From NCBI GenBank assembly GCA_023248595.1, contig JAHFEG010000005.1, positions 19,134 to 83,133 of the forward strand: 64,000 nt of DNA. Reading direction: 5' to 3'. The notes under the pieces are model-generated. The model ran no database searches. It saw nothing but the letters and a program-made list of their open reading frames with translations, and was not told the DNA's origin. Source of the DNA: Myxococcales bacterium. Lineage in GTDB: Bacteria > Myxococcota > UBA727 > JABDBI01. Below, in pieces: positions 58,076 through 64,000 of this stretch (positions are counted from its first letter, which is position 1; each line of letters opens with the position of its first letter). A program made the translations under genes and the position numbers.

Positions 58076-58999
58076 ATGCGACATTATTTTTTGTATTTTT
58101 TATCTTTTTATTTATTTGGAATTACGTCTTGTATCTCTTATGTATCTGCTAATCTTGATCTGCCGATTTCCAATGAAGAATTAAATAGATGTCAGCCAGC
58201 TGGTTCGTTGCTAGAGCTGTTGTCTCTATTAGATGTGGAGCATGAGAATACGATGCCTAGTATTATTCAAGCAACTCAAGATAAATGGCTTAGGAAAAAG
58301 GGTACAGAACGCTGGGAAATAGCTTCTTTGTACGAAGATAAACGAAATGAAATTACGCCACTTTTAATGCGAATGAACCTTGTTCAAGAAATTAATCCAC
58401 ACGATAAGCATTATGCATATGCTATTATTTTAGGCGCAACCTTATCTAGCGTAAGAGAACGAATCGAGTTTATGTTGCGTCAATGGGAACAAGGCATTCG
58501 TTTTGAGCAAATCGTTTTTCTTGGTGGCGCACGCCTTTTATATGAAAAAACAGAACCCCAAAATTTAATTATTTATCCATCTGCAACGCTGCCAAGACTG
58601 AAAAAAAGCTGGCAATTTCAGGGAGAATTGCCCAAAACAGAAACGGATATGATGAAAATTATTTTTTCCCAAGTTGAATTGCCGGTTGGCATGGAAAAAT
58701 TAAAGGTCATTTTTGTTGATGCTTCCGCAAAAAAAGCAGCAGCGGGTAAGCTTGTTCGACCTAATACTGGCGATACAGTTTTAGCTTGGTTGCAATTAAA
58801 ACCGATTTCGGGCTCTGTTTTGGCAATTTCTTCCCAACCCTTTGTTGCTTACCAAGACGCAGTTCTTAAAGCGCTGTTGCCGGCAACTTTTTCCATCGAT
58901 ACTGTGGGCAAAGAAGCACCAGAAAACCTTGCGGTTGGAGTCCATTTGGATAATTTGTCTCGCTTGCTCTACCAAAAATGCTCAAGATACCATGATTGA
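58076..58999 (+). CDS. hypothetical exported protein
   Basis: N-terminal hydrophobic signal. I cannot recognise a family with confidence. Confidence 0.5.
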   Translation: MRHYFLYFLSFYLFGITSCISYVSANLDLPISNEELNRCQPAGSLLELLSLLDVEHENTMPSIIQATQDKWLRKKGTERWEIASLYEDKRNEITPLLMRMNLVQEINPHDKHYAYAIILGATLSSVRERIEFMLRQWEQGIRFEQIVFLGGARLLYEKTEPQNLIIYPSATLPRLKKSWQFQGELPKTETDMMKIIFSQVELPVGMEKLKVIFVDASAKKAAAGKLVRPNTGDTVLAWLQLKPISGSVLAISSQPFVAYQDAVLKALLPATFSIDTVGKEAPENLAVGVHLDNLSRLLYQKCSRYHD

Positions 59000-59041
59000 C
59001 AGGTATGGATCGGCGCTTAGCATGCAAAATAAGAGATAAAC

Positions 59042-59995
59042 ATGACTATTGAATTTCAAGATTATTATCAAATTCTTGGGGTCGCACGAGATTCCTCCCA
59101 ACAGGAAATTCAGAAGGCTTATCGGCAATTAGCACGAAAGTACCATCCTGATGTGAGCAAGGAAAAAGGCGCCGAAGAAAAATTTAAAAAAGCATCTGAA
59201 GCCTATGAAGTGCTTAAAAATCCTGAAACTCGGAAAAAATACGATGCATTAGGACAAAATTGGAAAGCAGGGGAGTCGTTTACGCCGCCGAGTGGTTGGC
59301 AAAATGTTCATTCCAATTTTGGAGGTCAGGGGCCGTCGTCAAATGGTTTTAGTGATTTTTTTGATGTGATTTTTGGACAAGCATTTGGCCAGGGAACACA
59401 AGCTCCTGGTGCTTTTTGGGGAGATGCTCGAGCGGCAACGAAGGGCGAAGATCAAACTAGCGAAATTGTTGTTTCTTTGAATGAGGCTTTTTCGGGAATT
59501 CAAAAAGAGATTGTGCTTTTACAAAATAGTCACAGTGCTCATCCTAAGGAAAAACGCATCAAAATAAAAATTCCGCCAGGGACGACAGAAGGCACGCGGC
59601 TGCGTTTTAGAGGACAGGGAAAAGAAGGCCGGTTTAAAGGGCCCAAGGGTGATCTTTTTTTGCGGATTAAGCTTTCACCACATCCTTTATTTCAGGTTTC
59701 GGGTCATCATGTGCGCTCTGAAATTGCCATCAGCCCTTGGGAAGCTGCTTTAGGTGCGACAGTGGAGGTGCCTACATTGTCTGGTAAAGTGAATCTGAAA
59801 ATCCCGCCGGGAACATCTTCGGGGGCGATCTTGCGCTTAAAAGGAAAAGGGTTTCCTATAAAAGAAGGTGGCTTTGGGGATCAGCATGTTGCCTTAAAAA
59901 TCTGTGTTCCCCAAAAATTGACATCAAAAGAGAAAACAATTTTTGAGGAGTTGGCCAAAGAATCTACTTTTAATCCGCGTCATGAACGCGAGTAA
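59042..59995 (+). CDS. cbpA: DnaJ-class co-chaperone lacking the zinc finger (CbpA-like)
   Basis: J domain DYYQILGV...KYHPDVS, G/F-rich linker, C-terminal substrate-binding domains, and no CxxCxGxG repeats. Confidence 0.85.
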   Translation: MTIEFQDYYQILGVARDSSQQEIQKAYRQLARKYHPDVSKEKGAEEKFKKASEAYEVLKNPETRKKYDALGQNWKAGESFTPPSGWQNVHSNFGGQGPSSNGFSDFFDVIFGQAFGQGTQAPGAFWGDARAATKGEDQTSEIVVSLNEAFSGIQKEIVLLQNSHSAHPKEKRIKIKIPPGTTEGTRLRFRGQGKEGRFKGPKGDLFLRIKLSPHPLFQVSGHHVRSEIAISPWEAALGATVEVPTLSGKVNLKIPPGTSSGAILRLKGKGFPIKEGGFGDQHVALKICVPQKLTSKEKTIFEELAKESTFNPRHERE

Positions 59996-60002
59996 TCTAT
60001 TT

Positions 60003-60317
60003 TTAAGTTTTGCTTGTGTTGGTTGAGCTCTCGCTGCTCGCAGGTTTCTCGCTTTTAGGCTCAGGCTTATCTGTTTTAGGGGTCGAATCAAATTTGTTGG
60101 CGACTTCGCTTTTTACCTCGCCAGTTTTTTTCGTTGATGCATATAAATCACTGTACCAACCGCCCCCTTTTAATTGAAAAGAGGTTTGGCTTACCTGTTT
60201 TGCCAGTGTCTCTTCTTTCCCGCAAACTGAGCAAACACTTGGAGGAGGCTCATTTACTTTTTGCAAAATCTCTTCAATATGCGAGCAAGCGCTACAATAA
60301 AATTCATATATGGGCAT
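60003..60317 (-). CDS. FmdB-family zinc-ribbon protein
   Basis: MPIYEFYCSAC...CSVCG is the classic FmdB/CxxC_CxxC_SSSS N-terminus. Confidence 0.8.
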   Translation of the reverse strand: MPIYEFYCSACSHIEEILQKVNEPPPSVCSVCGKEETLAKQVSQTSFQLKGGGWYSDLYASTKKTGEVKSEVANKFDSTPKTDKPEPKSEKPASSESSTNTSKT

Positions 60318-60408
60318 AATTAAGACCTCGAATTGGGATAATGGTTGTAAGACATAAGCATGCCAACCCAATGGGTCAAGCCTTTACAGACATCGCGTGG
60401 AATTGATT

Positions 60409-61008
60409 ATGTTTCTATCGAAGAAGTTAAAAATATATAGCCAAACGCAATTGCCAACAACGTATGGTTTATTCGACTGCATTGTTTTTAGAGATGAGCA
60501 GAACATCGAACACCTGGCCATGGTTAAGGGCAACACGAAATCTGTTCAAAATTTGCTGTGCCGCATTCATTCAGAATGTTTGACGGGCGAAGTGTTTGGT
60601 TCACTTAAGTGTGATTGTAAATTCCAATTGAATGCTGCGTTAGATAATATTGAAAAAAGAGGCGAGGGTATTTTGCTTTATCTTCGTCAAGAAGGCCGCG
60701 GCATTGGTTTGGGTAATAAAATAAAGGCCTATTCTCTGCAAGAAAAAGGCGTTGATACCGTCGACGCCAATTTGATTTTAGGTTTTCCAGAAGATGCAAG
60801 AGAATACGATATTGCTGCAGAAATGCTGCTGATCCTAGAAATTACTTCTATCGAATTGATGACCAATAACCCAAATAAGATAAGTGCAATTCAAAAGGCT
60901 GGAATCAAAGTAAAGCATGAGCCTCACCAAATTAAGTATCTATCTGATGCCGCAGAATCTTACTTAAATGTTAAAAGAGATCGCATGGGTCACTTATTTG
61001 ATAAGTAA
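60409..61008 (+). CDS. ribA: GTP cyclohydrolase II
   Basis: RIHSECLTGEVFGSLKCDC and LRQEGRGIGL motifs. Confidence 0.92.
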   Translation: MFLSKKLKIYSQTQLPTTYGLFDCIVFRDEQNIEHLAMVKGNTKSVQNLLCRIHSECLTGEVFGSLKCDCKFQLNAALDNIEKRGEGILLYLRQEGRGIGLGNKIKAYSLQEKGVDTVDANLILGFPEDAREYDIAAEMLLILEITSIELMTNNPNKISAIQKAGIKVKHEPHQIKYLSDAAESYLNVKRDRMGHLFDK

Positions 61009-61030
61009 GACGCGATCTCGCTACTTTCTT

Positions 61031-61900
61031 TTAAGCTTGCGCCTCTGCACGACCAGAAACACGAATAGCTAAGGCTCCATCGGGTGCATTGTAGGTTTCA
61101 ACAAATCCTTCGGCAAGTAATTTATCAAGAACTCTTCTGCGGGTATCGGGTGTTGAATCTAAATGTGCAGAACGCCATCTTGTTAAAAAATATCCAAGTC
61201 CTACATAGCCACCACTAAATTTATTTTGTGCTTGCTCTAGTTCTGCTAAAAAAGCATCCATGGCCAAATCGCCAGTGACAGTCGATATCTCCAAATCTAC
61301 GATTTCATTGTCGGCGTATTCATTGGCAAAATCATCTTCAGTAATGTCGCGCTCAAAAACAGAAAGGCCTTGCATCATATCGATATGATCAAATGCTGCA
61401 CTACGAATACGTTTACTAACACCTGTGCCGCCCCAGCTGGCGATATATGCTTGTTTTCCTAAAGCGCGAACACCTTCAATGGCGGGAGCGTAATCAGCAT
61501 CTCCAGACATGAGCACCATGGTGTCAAAGGCATTGGCCGCTGCCAGGCGTAGCATATGAGCTACCATGGTCGTGTCGACTTCTTTTTCGAGTATGTACTT
61601 GTTTTCGGCCCCACAATCAGAACAACTAATACATCCTACTTTTCTTTTAAAGGTATGCACAAAAAAACCAGGCTGGGTTTCGAGCATATCGAGAAAACCG
61701 ACTAACTTTTGCTGAGGCTCAGTTTGATTTATTGAAACATCTTCAATGCCAGTGTAGTAATATGCACCCCAAAGATGAGAACCTCTTGCGCGTTCTACCA
61801 GCCAGTCTGAGAGCCTGGTAAAATCAATGCGCCGCCCTTTTGCAGCCTCTCGCCAACCAGAATAAAAATTTTTACCGTCGAAAAAAAGCGCAACTCGCAT
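61031..61900 (-). CDS. NYN (LabA-like) domain protein with an inserted Cys pair and an extra C-terminal domain
   Basis: MRVALFFDGKNFY, EKEVDT and VLMSGDADYAPAIE motifs, plus CISCSDCG and a roughly 90-aa C-terminal extension. Confidence 0.75.
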   Translation of the reverse strand: MRVALFFDGKNFYSGWREAAKGRRIDFTRLSDWLVERARGSHLWGAYYYTGIEDVSINQTEPQQKLVGFLDMLETQPGFFVHTFKRKVGCISCSDCGAENKYILEKEVDTTMVAHMLRLAAANAFDTMVLMSGDADYAPAIEGVRALGKQAYIASWGGTGVSKRIRSAAFDHIDMMQGLSVFERDITEDDFANEYADNEIVDLEISTVTGDLAMDAFLAELEQAQNKFSGGYVGLGYFLTRWRSAHLDSTPDTRRRVLDKLLAEGFVETYNAPDGALAIRVSGRAEAQA

Positions 61901-61966
61901 ATATAGTCCTCATGAGATCAAAAAGCGAAATCCCTTAAATTCATTTTAAGAACACCGTGGCAATTT

Positions 61967-62878
61967 TTAGTTCTGTTCAAGGCGCTCTTCAATATAAGCA
62001 GACATTTTTAGCTCATCAATATATTGATGAAATTCCCGTTCAATTTCTTTTTCATAAAGCTGCTTATGCAAGTCTTTTTCAACTTTCTCAAGTGGTATTT
62101 TATCGACGGGAATACGTTTACTCACAAAAATAACAAAATACCCATTGTTAGACTCTATGGGTGAACTAAAACCGAGTTCAGATAAATTGAAGGCATGTTT
62201 TTCAAAATCTGCCAACAAGTCTCCTTTCTTAACTTCGCCAAAGTCACCTAAAACAACATCTTTTTCCGTGGACAAGCTTTTGCTTAGCGTAAAAAATTCT
62301 TTTCCAGACTTTAGTTGTGAAAAGGCTGCTTGTGCTTTTTTATGAGAGGCTGCTGTTTTACCTTTGAAGAGCAAGTAATGTAAATGAACTTTAAACTCTC
62401 CCCCATCGAGCGGGTACTGTTCGCGGTAAGCAGATTTGATGTCATCGTCGGAAATTTTAACACGGCTTTTAATCTTAGCCTGAATTATTTTCATTTTATA
62501 AAGCTGTCTTTTCAGCTGTTCTCGGTATTGTTCTAACTCTAGGCCTTGATGTTTCAGTGCATTCAAAAAACCATCTCCGTCGAGATTGTATTGTTTCATC
62601 ACTGATTTAATAGTTTGCTCTATCTCTTCAGCTGTTACCTCTAGGCCAAGTTTTTTGATTTCTTGGAAAATAACTTGATCTGAAATTAATGATTCAAGTG
62701 CTTGCTTTTGCGTTAGAACCGCATCTCTAGTGTCTTTGATTAATTGATTAACTTCACTTTCCAAAATTGGCTCTTTGCCTACGACGCATACCACACGATC
62801 GACAATTAAGGGGGCAGCAAAAGAGAAAGAGAAAAACAATGAAGATAGAAATAAAAATTGGTAAAAAGATTTTGTCAT
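61967..62878 (-). CDS. SurA-like periplasmic chaperone with a degenerate parvulin domain
   Basis: Signal peptide MTKSFYQFLFLSSLFFSFSFA, a SurA_N-like helical region, and a C-terminal rotamase-like segment. The ORF opens at 62935. Confidence 0.7.
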   Translation of the reverse strand: MTKSFYQFLFLSSLFFSFSFAAPLIVDRVVCVVGKEPILESEVNQLIKDTRDAVLTQKQALESLISDQVIFQEIKKLGLEVTAEEIEQTIKSVMKQYNLDGDGFLNALKHQGLELEQYREQLKRQLYKMKIIQAKIKSRVKISDDDIKSAYREQYPLDGGEFKVHLHYLLFKGKTAASHKKAQAAFSQLKSGKEFFTLSKSLSTEKDVVLGDFGEVKKGDLLADFEKHAFNLSELGFSSPIESNNGYFVIFVSKRIPVDKIPLEKVEKDLHKQLYEKEIEREFHQYIDELKMSAYIEERLEQN

Positions 62879-62885
62879 CAAGGTC

Positions 62886-63881
62886 CTACTTCTTTTTGAG
62901 GATGCTGCCCATAATTTGTATAAAAGCTTTCTCATCTACTTCGATACGGCCTTTTTTGCGAAGGCGGTTGTTGATTTGCTTTATTCCACTTTGTTCATGC
63001 TCGTTGGCAATATTTTCTAGAACTCGGGTTTTTAATTCTGACGGCGTTTCTAATCTGGCAACTTCTTCATCGATGACTTGGAAAATATGGTACCCATACT
63101 CACTAACAACAGCTTCGGAGACTCGCATTTTTTTTAACTCAAAACAATAGTCAAAGATTTTAGGAAGTTGTTTTTCTTGAAACCAGCCTAAGTCGCCTCC
63201 ATTTTCTGCTTCAGGTGCAAGACTATATCGCTTGGCTGCTGTTTCAAAAGCTATTTTTTCTTCTTTCACTTTAGAAATAACAAAACGAGCTTCTTCTTCA
63301 CTTTGCACCAAAATTTGTCTGGCACGAATGCGTTTAGGAAATAAAATAGCTTTTTCTTTTTCTAGTCTTATTTTAATTCGCGCTTTTTCAAATGGTGGTG
63401 ATTTTTCTAATTCTTGTTGGAGATATTTTTTAATAACCATCGCATTTTTTAATTGTTCTCGATAATTGTCAGGCGTTAAATATTTTTCATGCAATGTTCT
63501 TCTGAGTGCAGCATGCGGATAAAAGTTGGTGTTTTGATGCAATGCATGAGCAACTTCACCATCTTTAATACTGACGTTTGCTTGCTTGGCTGCCTGCAAA
63601 AGCAATTTTTCTTCCAGCAATCTATCTAAAATAGCGCGTCCCATTTTAAGTTGGTCAGTCTTTAATGAGAGTTGCGAGACCCCTGCTCTTAGAAGTTCTG
63701 TTATCAAATCAGCTGAGGTAATTGGTTGGCCGTTGACTTTGGCGACTATTTGCAAAGGGCGTGTCTTGGACGATCCTGCCGAGCACGCCCCGAATAAACA
63801 AGCAAAAAACCACAACACGATAAATAAATTAACTACATAAAATCGCGATGGGTTAATTGAGCCAAGGATATTTATACTCAT
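62886..63881 (-). CDS. peptidylprolyl isomerase (parvulin/PpiC type), probable lipoprotein
   Basis: RARQILV...GGDLGWF...YGYHIFQV rotamase motifs and lipobox LFGAC. The start is either 63881 or 63923. Confidence 0.8.
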   Translation of the reverse strand: MSINILGSINPSRFYVVNLFIVLWFFACLFGACSAGSSKTRPLQIVAKVNGQPITSADLITELLRAGVSQLSLKTDQLKMGRAILDRLLEEKLLLQAAKQANVSIKDGEVAHALHQNTNFYPHAALRRTLHEKYLTPDNYREQLKNAMVIKKYLQQELEKSPPFEKARIKIRLEKEKAILFPKRIRARQILVQSEEEARFVISKVKEEKIAFETAAKRYSLAPEAENGGDLGWFQEKQLPKIFDYCFELKKMRVSEAVVSEYGYHIFQVIDEEVARLETPSELKTRVLENIANEHEQSGIKQINNRLRKKGRIEVDEKAFIQIMGSILKKK

Positions 63882-64000
63882 CTGCCTTTGGGGATAATTC
63901 AAGTTTTGATACCCGGTCTTCATAGATTTTTACTGAGTAATTCTTTTTTAAATCATCCACAAGCCTTAAAAATGCAGCTTTGCGTTTTTCTTGACTGACT
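63853..64000 (-). CDS. C-terminal fragment of an unidentified protein (5' end lies off the window)
   Basis: An open minus-strand frame ends ...RLVDDLKKNYSVKIYEDRVSKLELSPKADEYKYPWLN*. It is not in the ORF track because it is under 60 aa. Confidence 0.4.
   Translation of the reverse strand, partial: VSQEKRKAAFLRLVDDLKKNYSVKIYEDRVSKLELSPKADEYKYPWLN

Noticed and set aside
1-64000. Search for tRNA, rRNA, tmRNA and RNase P genes.
   Set aside because: I noticed no T-loop (GGTTCGAATCC-like) or other hallmark motifs in the intergenic regions. This was a visual scan only, so small RNAs could have been missed.

Overview
About 40% GC bacterial chromosome segment from a diderm organism, shown by TamB, a BamA-size Omp85, a LolA-like protein, SurA-like chaperones and lipoproteins. 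I cannot place it taxonomically from sequence alone. It is densely coding, with about 62 CDS. I found no rRNA, tRNA or CRISPR array. The core is housekeeping: coaX (partial), pcnB, brnQ, ilvE, gap-pgk-tpiA-secG, tamB plus Omp85, gyrA, sfsA, rlmM, rnr, fumC, hupB, rsgA, clpP-clpX, gpmA, mnmG-mnmE, feoAB, a hemQ-like gene, cbpA and ribA. Scattered through the core are accessory genes, several of eukaryote-like type: three ankyrin-repeat proteins, a 12-repeat Sel1 protein, TPR proteins, cysteine-rich secreted proteins, hipBA, a DUF4143 ATPase and a NYN protein. The main observation is that at four loci these accessory genes lie in short inserts bounded by direct repeats that duplicate the end or promoter of the adjacent housekeeping gene. 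(1) Four copies of a 29-nt rlmM 3'-end motif delimit three consecutive cassettes: Sel1, DUF3592 and hipBA. (2) A perfect 53-bp duplication of the CYTH gene 3' end brackets a 1.5-kb island. (3) A 19-bp duplication of the ilvE 3' end brackets a 739-aa ankyrin protein gene. (4) Duplicated fragments of an opu transporter promoter and 5' end bracket an ankyrin gene and an ATPase gene. No integrase or intact transposase is present in the window. The inserts look more GC-rich than the core in hand counts. This may reflect an undescribed gene-capture process or serial-insertion hotspots, and it needs comparative genomics to test.
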